In this document: positions 1 to 7,808 of the stretch, piece after piece
Numbering within the stretch: position 1 is the stretch's first letter
Layout of the letters: every line of letters starts with the position of its first letter
Assembly (NCBI GenBank): GCA_037142615.1
Contig: JBAXAI010000041.1
Location: 1 to 29,620, forward strand
Origin: Spirochaetales bacterium
GTDB lineage: Bacteria; Spirochaetota; Spirochaetia; JABEVK01
DNA: 29,620 nt
Direction: 5' to 3'
The notes under the pieces: generated by a model
Seen by the model: the letters and a program-made list of their open reading frames with translations, nothing else
Told to the model about the DNA's origin: nothing
Database searches by the model: none
Made by a program: the position numbers and the translations under genes

Positions 1-321
1 AAGCTGTGGTTGGTCACGCCGGCCTCGATCACCGAGCAGGAGTTCAACCCAGCGCAGATTGGCCTGTCAGGGTACACGCTGAACGACCTGCTGGGCGGCA
101 CTGCCAACGACAACGCCGATCTGGCTCGCGACTTGTTAGCGGGGAAGGGTCGCCCAGCGCTTCGCGACGCGGTGTGCCTCAACGCCGGCGGAGCGCTGTG
201 GCTGACCGGGTTGGCCGTAAGCATCGAGGAGGGCTTTGCTCTGGCGCGCAAGTCGTTTGTCGATGGCAGCTTGTTGGCCAAGGTCAACGAGGTGAAGGCG
301 GCCATCCATGCCCTTGCCTGA
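1..321 (+). CDS. trpD: Anthranilate phosphoribosyltransferase, C-terminal part (5' truncated by window)
   Basis: Frame open from base 1. LLGGTANDNA...RDAVCLNAGGALWLTG...IEEGFALAR matches the TrpD C-terminus, and it lies directly upstream of trpC. Confidence 0.9.
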   Translation, partial: KLWLVTPASITEQEFNPAQIGLSGYTLNDLLGGTANDNADLARDLLAGKGRPALRDAVCLNAGGALWLTGLAVSIEEGFALARKSFVDGSLLAKVNEVKAAIHALA

Positions 322-1804
322 GGCTTCGGGGACAGACATCAAGCGCGACATTGTCCGCCGCCGCCTGCAACGTATCGCTACCGAAGGGTTTGCCATGGGG
401 CACCCGGTACCGCAGACGCGACAGGTTCCGCTGGTGCCCTTTGACCGGCCGCCCTTCGTCATCTGCGAGGTGAAGCGCAAAAGCCCCAGCAAAGGCGTGA
501 TCGCCGGTGACCTCGACGCCGTGGCGCAAGCCCGCCGTTACGTCGATGCCGGGGTGAAAACCATCTCGGTGCTGACGGAAGAGGACCAGTTCGGTGGCTC
601 GCTGGCCGACCTGATGGCGGTCAAGAACGCCTTTCCCGACATCGCCGTGCTCCGCAAGGATTTCCTTGTGAGGAAAGAGGATGTTGACGTAACCTATCGC
701 GCCGGCGCCGACGCGGTGCTGCTCATTGCCTCGCTCCTCGAGCCTACCGAGCTGGCCGACCTGAAGACCCACGCTGAACGGCTGGGCCTGGCCGTGTTCG
801 TCGAGGTGCACGACGAGGCGGACTGCACCAAGGCCCGAACGCTGGCTCCGGCCTTCACCGGCATCAATTGCCGTGACCTCACCGACTTCCGCATCGACCG
901 GGCGATTCCGCTGAGGACTCGCCGGTTTGTCGATTGGCCCACGCGGCTGGTCTACGAGTCGGGCATCTTCCGCGCCGAAGAGGCGCAGTGGGCTGGGGCC
1001 TCGGGCTTCCAGGGCGTACTCGTGGGCGAGGGAGCGGTCAGACGGCCCGAACTCGCGGCCGAGCTGGTTCAGCAGTTCCGGCCCACACCCGGGCTGTCTT
1101 TTTGGGCCAAGCTTTACGGGCATAGCCCAGGTGGGGTTGCCCGCGCCACCCCGAACCGGCCCTACGTGAAGATCTGTGGCCTCACCCGCGCCGAAGACGT
1201 GCTGCTGGCCGACGCGCTGGGGACAGACCTCGTCGGCTTCATCTTCGCTGAGGGTTCCAAACGCCGTGTCACTCCCGAGTTCGTCCGGTCGCTCCCTCCG
1301 ACTCGGGCTCTCAAGGTTGGGGTGGTGCAGATCGCCCCGGGTCAGGGCGTTCCCGACGAAATCGCCGAGCTGGTCGACGAGGGCTTTCTGGACGCACTGC
1401 AGTTCCATGGCGAGGAAGACGCTGAATTGGTCGACGCCTGGAGCACCCACGGTTACAAGGCCGTTGGGCTGGCTGGTGAGGCGAGCTGGTCCCGTTGGGG
1501 ACAGACCTCGGCGCCGCGAATCCTGATGGACGCCGCGACGATAGGCTCTTCTGGCACGCGGGTCTCGGGGGGCACGGGGCAAACGGTCGCCGAGGCTGAG
1601 CTCGCCGCCCTTGCGTCCACCCCGTTTGGCGGTTCGCGCCTTTGGCTGGCCGGAGGTCTGTCCCCCGAGAACATCGCCGCCGTGGTCACCCGCTGGAAGC
1701 CCGAGCTCGTCGATGCCTCGAGCGGGCTGGAGTCGTCGCCCGGAGTCAAAGACGCCGCCAAAATGAAGCGCTATTTTGCCGCGATCGACGGGGCCAGCCG
1801 ATGA
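308..1804 (+). CDS. trpCF: Bifunctional indole-3-glycerol-phosphate synthase / phosphoribosylanthranilate isomerase (TrpC-TrpF)
   Basis: TrpC motifs ICEVKRKSPSKG, SVLTEEDQFGGS, VLRKDF, GINCRDL, ESGI, LVGE. TrpF motifs VKICGLT, LQFHGEE, LAGGLSPENI, VDASSGLESSPGVKD. Confidence 0.93.
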   Translation: MPLPEASGTDIKRDIVRRRLQRIATEGFAMGHPVPQTRQVPLVPFDRPPFVICEVKRKSPSKGVIAGDLDAVAQARRYVDAGVKTISVLTEEDQFGGSLADLMAVKNAFPDIAVLRKDFLVRKEDVDVTYRAGADAVLLIASLLEPTELADLKTHAERLGLAVFVEVHDEADCTKARTLAPAFTGINCRDLTDFRIDRAIPLRTRRFVDWPTRLVYESGIFRAEEAQWAGASGFQGVLVGEGAVRRPELAAELVQQFRPTPGLSFWAKLYGHSPGGVARATPNRPYVKICGLTRAEDVLLADALGTDLVGFIFAEGSKRRVTPEFVRSLPPTRALKVGVVQIAPGQGVPDEIAELVDEGFLDALQFHGEEDAELVDAWSTHGYKAVGLAGEASWSRWGQTSAPRILMDAATIGSSGTRVSGGTGQTVAEAELAALASTPFGGSRLWLAGGLSPENIAAVVTRWKPELVDASSGLESSPGVKDAAKMKRYFAAIDGASR

Positions 1805-2577
1805 GCGACGCGACGCAGCGCTTTTCCAACCGCGTGTCCGACTGCACCCGCTACCGGCCGGGGTACCCAAGCCAAGCGGTCGACTTTCTGCTGAGTCAGG
1901 TCGGCGCTGCCCTGTCAGGCGACCGACGTGCCGACCTAGTGGTGGCCGACCTCGGCTCCGGCACCGGGATCTTCACGCAAACGCTCCTGCCCCACGTGGC
2001 CCAGGTGTTCGCCGTCGAGCCCAACGACGCCATGCGGCAGGAAGCCGAGCGCCGTTTGGCAGGGACGCCGGGCTTTCACTCGGTGACGGGGACCTCCGAG
2101 GCAACAGGTCTGTCCCCGGGTTCGGTGAACCTCGTGACGGCCGCGCAGGCCTTCCATTGGTTTGACCGCGACAAGGCCCGAGCCGAGTTCCAACGGATCC
2201 TGGTCCCTGGTGGGCACGTGGCCCTGCTATGGAACAAGCGTCTGGTGGACACCGACTTTCTTATTGGGTACGAAGCGCTTGTCACCTCGCTGCCCGAGTA
2301 CGCCGAGGTGACCCACCACCGGGTGACGCCCGAGGTCTTGCGAGAGTTCTTTGGTCATGAGCCCGAGTTTCGCTCGTTCGCCCACGAGCAGCGCCTTGAC
2401 TTGCAGGGCGTCTTGGGGCGTCTGGCTTCGTCGTCCTATTGTCCGGCGCCGGGGACAGACGAGTTCGCACGCATCCGCGAGCGGCTACAAGGCCTCTTCC
2501 GCGCCCAGAACGACGACACGATCGCCTTCCACTACGAGTGCGAGGTCTACCTCGGCACTTTGGACGGCAATCCGTGA
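1801..2577 (+). CDS. Class I SAM-dependent methyltransferase
   Basis: ATG overlaps the trpCF stop (ATGA). Motifs RYRPGYP, VADLGSGTGIFT, AVEPN, AAQAFHWFD. Confidence 0.9.
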   Translation: MSDATQRFSNRVSDCTRYRPGYPSQAVDFLLSQVGAALSGDRRADLVVADLGSGTGIFTQTLLPHVAQVFAVEPNDAMRQEAERRLAGTPGFHSVTGTSEATGLSPGSVNLVTAAQAFHWFDRDKARAEFQRILVPGGHVALLWNKRLVDTDFLIGYEALVTSLPEYAEVTHHRVTPEVLREFFGHEPEFRSFAHEQRLDLQGVLGRLASSSYCPAPGTDEFARIRERLQGLFRAQNDDTIAFHYECEVYLGTLDGNP

Positions 2578-3050
2578 ACCCGCTAGCCACGCACGCGCTT
2601 CGGGCGGCCACCGCTGGCGACACCGAGGCCATCGTCGAGGTCCTGTTCGGGTCCCGGGAGGCCTTTTTGCCGTACGCGCCGCTCGTGCCTACCCGGGCCG
2701 AGACTGCCTGGTGGGTGGCCAACGTGTTGCTGTCGCAAGGACCAGTCACCGTGGCCGAGGTCGACGGCCGCGTGGTCGGCATCGTGGCCACCCACAACGA
2801 GGGTGCGGTGACCTGGGTCGATCAGCTGTACCTGCTCCCAGGCTTCGAGGGTCATGGCCTGGGTTCTGCGCTCTTGGAGCACGCTCAGCGGGGAGTCACG
2901 GGCGCGGTTCGACTGTATACTTTTCAGGCCAATGACCGGGCCCGGCGCTTCTACGAAGCCCGCGGTTTCGTCGCGAAGGCGTTCAGCCAGGGAGAAAACA
3001 ATGAAGAGCACTGCCCCGATGTGTTGTACGAACGGCCTGCGGAGGGCCCG
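2574..3050 (+). other. GNAT N-acetyltransferase domain (159 codons, no stop before TrpB)
   Basis: VDQLYLLPGFEGHGLGSALL (acetyl-CoA motif A), LYTFQANDRARRFYEARGF, NEEHCPDVLY. Confidence 0.85.
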
Positions 3051-4295
3051 ATGAGCTCCCATCCGATTTACAACGATTTCTTCGGCCCCTTTGGCGGCCG
3101 CTACGTGGCCGAGGTGCTCCGCGCTCCGCTCGACGAGCTCGAGCGTGAGTTCAAAGCAGCCATGGTCGATCCCGGGTTTCTCGAGGAACTGGGAACGGTG
3201 CAACGCGAGTACATCGGCCGCCCGACCCCCATGCTCCATGCCCGCAACGCGTCGGCGGCCCTCGGCGGCGCGCAGATCTACATCAAGCTCGAAGGCCTGG
3301 CCAACACCGGCGCCCATAAGATCAACAACGCGGCCGGCCAGATCCTGCTGGCCAAGCGCATGGGCAAGAAGCGCATCATCGCCGAAACCGGCGCAGGCCA
3401 GCATGGAGTCGCCACCGCCGCCATGTGCGCCAAGTTCGGCCTGCCCTGCACGGTGTACATGGGTGAGGTTGATATCGCCCGCCAGCGCCCCAACGTCTAC
3501 CTGATGGAACTTTACGGTGCCAAAGTTGTACCCGTCACCAGTGGGAGCCGCACGCTCAAGGATGCAGTCAACGAGGCCCTGCGCGACTGGGCCGGAAGCT
3601 TCGCCGACACGCACTACCTGCTCGGCAGTGCCCTCGGTCCGTCGCCGTTCCCCGACATGGTCCGCGAGTTCCAGGCCGTCATTGGCCGCGAGGTGGTCGA
3701 GCAGACCCAAGGCCTCGACATCGCCGCGATGATCGCCTGCGTGGGCGGCGGTTCCAACTCCATCGGTTTCTTTGAACCCTACCTTTCGAGGTCTGTCCCC
3801 CGATTGATCGGTGTCGAAGCGGGCGGGCGCGGAGCCGGAGCCGGGCAAAACGCCGTGCGCATGGGTGGCGATGCTCTTCCCGGAGTTGTCCAAGGCTACA
3901 AGAGCTACTTCCTGCTCGACGAAGACGGCCAAATGCAAGACACCCACTCGGTGTCGGCCGGCCTCGACTACGCCGGCATCGGCCCGCAATTAGCCTACTT
4001 GGGCCAAACCGGGCGGGTGGAGTTCGCCAGCGCCCTCGACAGTGAAGTCATCGAGGCCGTGAAGTTCTTCGCCCGCAACGAAGGGGTCATTTTCGCTCTC
4101 GAGTCGGCCCATGCCGGCGCCCACGCGATGAAGCTCGCGCCCACGCTACCCAAGGACAAGGCCCTCATCGTCAACATGTCGGGCCGCGGCGACAAAGACA
4201 TCTTCATCAGCGCGAGGATCATCACTCCAGAACCGTGGGTGAAGTTCCTCAGGGATGAGGTGGCGAGTTATGAGAAGGGTCGTGTGGGAAATTAG
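2574..4295 (+). CDS. trpB: Tryptophan synthase beta chain with an in-frame N-terminal GNAT acetyltransferase domain (TrpB proper 3051..4295)
   Basis: GTG 2574 overlaps the methyltransferase stop. TrpB motifs FGPFGGRYVAE, GAHKINN (PLP Lys), AETGAGQHG, CVGGGSN, SAGLDYAGIGP, ALESAH, SGRGDKD. An internal GGAGGG-ATG at 3041-3053 may start TrpB alone. Confidence 0.9.
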   Translation: MNPLATHALRAATAGDTEAIVEVLFGSREAFLPYAPLVPTRAETAWWVANVLLSQGPVTVAEVDGRVVGIVATHNEGAVTWVDQLYLLPGFEGHGLGSALLEHAQRGVTGAVRLYTFQANDRARRFYEARGFVAKAFSQGENNEEHCPDVLYERPAEGPMSSHPIYNDFFGPFGGRYVAEVLRAPLDELEREFKAAMVDPGFLEELGTVQREYIGRPTPMLHARNASAALGGAQIYIKLEGLANTGAHKINNAAGQILLAKRMGKKRIIAETGAGQHGVATAAMCAKFGLPCTVYMGEVDIARQRPNVYLMELYGAKVVPVTSGSRTLKDAVNEALRDWAGSFADTHYLLGSALGPSPFPDMVREFQAVIGREVVEQTQGLDIAAMIACVGGGSNSIGFFEPYLSRSVPRLIGVEAGGRGAGAGQNAVRMGGDALPGVVQGYKSYFLLDEDGQMQDTHSVSAGLDYAGIGPQLAYLGQTGRVEFASALDSEVIEAVKFFARNEGVIFALESAHAGAHAMKLAPTLPKDKALIVNMSGRGDKDIFISARIITPEPWVKFLRDEVASYEKGRVGN

Positions 4296-4297
4296 CT

Positions 4298-4690
4298 CTA
4301 GGAACGATACCGGACAATGGTCTGTGTCTTCTTGAAGACCAGCACCGGGTTTTCGACCCGAAGTTGGCGAAAGTCGGCTTCGTGGCCAAGCTCCTCCAAG
4401 ACTATCCGAACGACAATCCTCCCGCAGGGCGACACCATGAAGGGCGCAAACGAAGCCGACTGGTAGTTGCGGGCGTTTCGGGCGCGCAAAACGGCGTAGG
4501 CCCTGACTTTCCGAGGGAACTCGGCGGCGATCCTTGCTGAGTGGTAGGCCAATGTCAGCCCGGTCACCGCGAACACCGCGCTTCCAGGCCAGAAAGGCCA
4601 GACAACAACGGAAACAACGGCAGCGGCCAGCGCTGATCCGCCCAGGACAAAGGCCCACGTGTTGATTCGGAACCAAAGTCCTGGACGCAT
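4298..4690 (-). CDS. Hypothetical membrane protein (two N-terminal TM helices)
   Basis: 130-aa ORF with two hydrophobic segments and an FMVSPCGRIVVR stretch. It starts 4 nt after the stop of the upstream minus-strand gene. Confidence 0.65.
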   Translation of the reverse strand: MRPGLWFRINTWAFVLGGSALAAAVVSVVVWPFWPGSAVFAVTGLTLAYHSARIAAEFPRKVRAYAVLRARNARNYQSASFAPFMVSPCGRIVVRIVLEELGHEADFRQLRVENPVLVFKKTQTIVRYRS

Positions 4691-4694
4691 CAGC

Positions 4695-5126
4695 TTACTT
4701 GGCTTGCAGGGCGAAGTAGAACGAGTCTACCGCCTTGGCGACCTCGGCCTCCGTGGAGGTCTTCATTTGAATACGGGTACGCTGCGTGTAGGCCTCGTAG
4801 TACATATAGAAGGTCGGACAGCAGCACATGAACGAGGCCGAGCGCTGGTAGCCGATTTCCTTGACGCTCGAAGGCATTACGTACTTCACTTCGCGACCCG
4901 TGGTGAAACAATAGCACTGGATCGTCGTCTTGACCTCGATGACGCGCTTGTCAGTGATAACGAGGTAACCTTCCAGCCTGGTTCCGAGAAGCATGGAGAT
5001 GAACTTGCTGAGCCCTCCAAAGGCCCGCGCAATCGGGTTGTTGCTGGTCGCCCAGAGTTCCGCCTCGATCTCCATCACCATTTTCTCGTTTTCCAGCAGG
5101 ATCACGCCGGACTTCAGATCTGACAT
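4695..5126 (-). CDS. Hypothetical protein, possibly bacterial PH-like fold, Cys-rich
   Basis: Strong RBS AAAGGAG before the ATG. GYLVITDKRVIEV resembles bacterial PH domains. Contains CYC and CCC motifs. Confidence 0.75.
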   Translation of the reverse strand: MSDLKSGVILLENEKMVMEIEAELWATSNNPIARAFGGLSKFISMLLGTRLEGYLVITDKRVIEVKTTIQCYCFTTGREVKYVMPSSVKEIGYQRSASFMCCCPTFYMYYEAYTQRTRIQMKTSTEAEVAKAVDSFYFALQAK

Positions 5127-5415
5127 ATGGACTCTCCTTTTGGTGTGTTCCGAAGCTTCGGCCCCTAATCTGAGCAGTGCTTTGGCACCTACTTAGAGTG
5201 TGTACCTGCACTCGGGTACTATCAATAAGAAAATTAACTCGGGTGAGTTGTCAACAAGATAGCCAGCAGACTCGGCCTTGCGCCGATCGCCGCCTCGATT
5301 GACATAACCCACCGTGTCGGCTCACTGTTGTTTCGAAAATGTTGGTCGATGGATGGCAAGTTTTCCTCCCTAGCTCCCTGAAAACCCCGGTCCAGCCCAA
5401 GGAGAACCCGAACCC

Positions 5416-6168
5416 ATGACTCCATCCCTCATGTGCCACTTGGTCGCAGGCTACCCAACCTACGAGCTCAGCCTCGAAGTCGCGCGTGCTCTCGCCGAGG
5501 GCGGGGCTTCGATCCTCGAGATCCAGTTCCCCTTCAGTGACCCCAGCGCTGACGGACCCTCCATCCAGGCCGCGTGCACCGAAGCCCTGGCGAAGGGTTT
5601 CAAAGTGGCCGACGGTTGGCGGTTGGTCGAAACCGTGAGGCGCGAGTTTCCGGCGGTGCCCGTGTTCGTCATGAGCTACGCCAGCATCGTGGTGACCAAG
5701 GGAATCGACGCGTTCGTGGCCCGGGCCAAGGCCGCTGGCGTTGCGGGCCTCATCATCCCCGACCTGTCCCCAGGAACCGACGAAGGACTTTACGAAGCCG
5801 GCCGTCAACACGGCGTGGCCATCGTTCCCGTGATCGTGCCCAGCGTTCCCTCTGAGCGCCTCGAGGCGATCTTGGCCCCCAAGCCCGAATGGGTGTACGC
5901 CGCCATCCGCGCCGGCATCACTGGTGTTCACACAACGCTTACGCCCGAGCTGAAATCCTTTCTGTCCAGGTTGAACGCCCGGGCCAAGGTAATGGCCGGG
6001 TTTGGCATCGACAGCGCCAGCCAGGTTCGCGACCTTGCCGACAGCGCTCACACTATCGTGGTGGGCAGTGCGCTGGTCCGCGTGGTGGCCTCGACGGCTC
6101 CTCAAGGGGCTCAGGCGATGAGAATAGCCATGACGGCGAGGGTCAGGGAGTTGTTGTCTCTACCTTGA
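5416..6168 (+). CDS. trpA: Tryptophan synthase alpha chain
   Basis: HLVAGYP, LEIQFPFSDPSADGPSIQ, GLIIPDL, GITG, AGFGI, VVGSALV. RBS AAGGAG. Confidence 0.95.
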   Translation: MTPSLMCHLVAGYPTYELSLEVARALAEGGASILEIQFPFSDPSADGPSIQAACTEALAKGFKVADGWRLVETVRREFPAVPVFVMSYASIVVTKGIDAFVARAKAAGVAGLIIPDLSPGTDEGLYEAGRQHGVAIVPVIVPSVPSERLEAILAPKPEWVYAAIRAGITGVHTTLTPELKSFLSRLNARAKVMAGFGIDSASQVRDLADSAHTIVVGSALVRVVASTAPQGAQAMRIAMTARVRELLSLP

Positions 6169-6216
6169 AACTTGACAACCTCATCCTTGATTCTTCAAGG
6201 TACTCACTTCCTCAGA

Positions 6217-6245
6217 TTGACACCCCGCCCCAGCGGGGCTAGGCT
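6217..6245 (+). promoter_or_regulatory. sigma70-type promoter for the FGE/CLec gene
   Basis: TTGACA (6217-6222), 17 nt, TAGGCT (6240-6245). The spacer is itself a GC palindrome. Confidence 0.65.
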
Positions 6246-6302
6246 GAGCGTGGCAGTTTTCAGTCTGCCAAGAGTCACTGTGGCTACCCAAGGAGCTCTC
6301 CC

Positions 6303-7667
6303 ATGGCGCATCGTGCGAACTTTTTCATTCTTGCCCTGCTGCTAACCGCGTTGCCGCTGGCTGCGCAAAGTGAAGGCCCCAATCCTGATGCGTTGGTGGC
6401 TGACGTTGAGAGTGCCGGTGCTGCGCTGGCGAAAGCGCAAAAGGCCGCCGCAGCCGAGTTGACCCAGGAAGGCTATGAGACCGACGAGGAGTTTGCCGCT
6501 CGCCAGGCAGAGGCGACCAACCTGAGCGGCTCGCTGGTCGAACTCGACTACACCAATGCTGTCAGCGCCCTTGAGGCCGAAACCTTCGCCGTGCCAGCGG
6601 GCAAACTAAAAGTCACCGCCGCACCCTTCGACAAAGTGGCCAAGGCCTACACGTTCACCGTGACCAGTTCCGATCCCGCCGTCCCGTTCAAGGGTGATGT
6701 CGTGTATTCGATCAAAGACTCACAAGACCTCAAGGGCGACTTCACCAAGGTCGAGGCCGCTTTCAAGGCCAAAACCCTGGGTGCCAACCTGACCTACCAG
6801 ATTGTACGGCGTGCACCGGGCTACCGCGTCGTCGGAGTCGCCGCCGAAGTTGGCATTGACTTGGCTTCTGATGCTCCAGAGACCCTGTGGTCGGTGCCCT
6901 TCGGAAACGCCCGCTGGGACTTCGTCGCCGGCAAGCGCGCAAAACCAACCGCCGTCGGGTTGGTCGACCTCGTGCGGGTCGAGGGTGGCACCTTCCAGAT
7001 GGGGAGCACGGATGGTGAGGCAGACGAGAAGCCGGTCCATAAGGTCACACTCAGTGCCTTTTCCATAGGCACCACCGAGGTGACGCAGGCCCAGTACCAG
7101 TCGCTGATGGGCACCAACCCCAGCAGCTTTCAGGGCGACGATCTGCCGGTCGAAACCGTCAGTTGGTTCGAGGCGGTGGCCTTTTGCAACAAGCTGTCGT
7201 TGGCCGAGGGCCTGACGCCGTTCTATACCATCAAGGGCACAGCAGTGACCACCAGCGCCAAGGCCACCGGCTACCGCCTGCCCACCGAAGCCCAGTGGGA
7301 GTTTGCCGCGCGGGGCGGGGCCAAGAGCCAAGGCTCCACCTACGCGGGGAGCAGCGACCTCGAAACAGTAGCTTGGTACGGTGACAACAGCGACAAAACC
7401 CACAGCGTGGCCACCAAAGCGCCCAACGAACTGGGGCTCTTTGACTTGAGCGGCAACGTCTGGGAATGGTGCCAGGACTGGTACGGTGCCTACCTCGCCA
7501 AGGCGCAGACTGACCCCGCCGGAGCGGCCTCGGGCTCGAACCGCGTGTTACGCGGCGGCAGTTGGGGCAACAATGCGTCCTTCGCGACCGTGTCCTCCCG
7601 GCTCTACAACTACGGCGGCCCGGGCTACCAGGACGGCTACATCGGCTTTCGGGTTGTTCGTCCCTGA
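6303..7667 (+). CDS. Secreted formylglycine-generating-enzyme (FGE-sulfatase/SUMF1) family protein, CLec fold; candidate DGR target
   Basis: Signal peptide (FFILALLLTALPLAA), RBS AAGGAG. C-terminal motifs GGTFQMG, EVTQAQY, PVETVSWFEAVAFCN, RLPTEAQWEFAARGG, PNELGLFDLSGNVWEWCQDWY, RVLRGGSW, GFRVVR. Lacks the catalytic Cys pair of true FGE. Confidence 0.9.
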   Translation: MAHRANFFILALLLTALPLAAQSEGPNPDALVADVESAGAALAKAQKAAAAELTQEGYETDEEFAARQAEATNLSGSLVELDYTNAVSALEAETFAVPAGKLKVTAAPFDKVAKAYTFTVTSSDPAVPFKGDVVYSIKDSQDLKGDFTKVEAAFKAKTLGANLTYQIVRRAPGYRVVGVAAEVGIDLASDAPETLWSVPFGNARWDFVAGKRAKPTAVGLVDLVRVEGGTFQMGSTDGEADEKPVHKVTLSAFSIGTTEVTQAQYQSLMGTNPSSFQGDDLPVETVSWFEAVAFCNKLSLAEGLTPFYTIKGTAVTTSAKATGYRLPTEAQWEFAARGGAKSQGSTYAGSSDLETVAWYGDNSDKTHSVATKAPNELGLFDLSGNVWEWCQDWYGAYLAKAQTDPAGAASGSNRVLRGGSWGNNASFATVSSRLYNYGGPGYQDGYIGFRVVRP

Positions 7668-7716
7668 TCACACCGCCATCGAGCAGGCCACCGAGGCCCT
7701 CCGGAGGAACGGCGGT

Positions 7717-7733
7717 CCCCGCTCCAGCGGGGC
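7717..7733. repeat. GC-rich inverted repeat CCCCGC-TCCA-GCGGGG, with a near-identical copy at 6223-6239
   Basis: ccccgctccagcggggc versus ccccgccccagcggggc: 16/17 identical. Confidence 0.7.
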
Positions 7734-7793
7734 AAGCCGGTCCGGAGAGAGGGAATCGGGGGACTGTGAGCGCAAGCATGCACACAGCGAGTG

Positions 7794-7802
7794 TGCTACC
7801 AT
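7794..7802 (+). promoter_or_regulatory. Extended -10 promoter (likely leaderless transcript)
   Basis: TGcTACCAT lies 6 nt before ATG 7809, with no Shine-Dalgarno. Confidence 0.5.
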
Positions 7803-7808
7803 CCCCTC

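Noticed and set aside
284-1870. Long antisense ORFs (also 2583..3989, 9959..11185, 12154..14025, 16279..17757, 22779..25508)
   Set aside because: Shadow frames opposite well-supported genes, expected with high GC at third codon positions; no recognisable motifs.
5339-5419. 26-codon uORF whose stop overlaps the trpA start, as a possible attenuator leader
   Set aside because: Only one Trp codon, no SD, and no terminator/antiterminator or T-box motif visible.
6161-6202. Inverted repeat TACCTTGAA...TTCAAGGTA (with inner CCTTGA-TTCT-TCAAGG) at the trpA end, as a terminator
   Set aside because: AT-rich stem with no U-tract; the repeat is real but I cannot assign a function.
6303-7667. Call as a true formylglycine-generating enzyme, or as a complete DGR
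   Set aside because: The catalytic Cys pair is absent and no sulfatase is nearby; there is no RT, avd or AAC-rich template repeat in the window.
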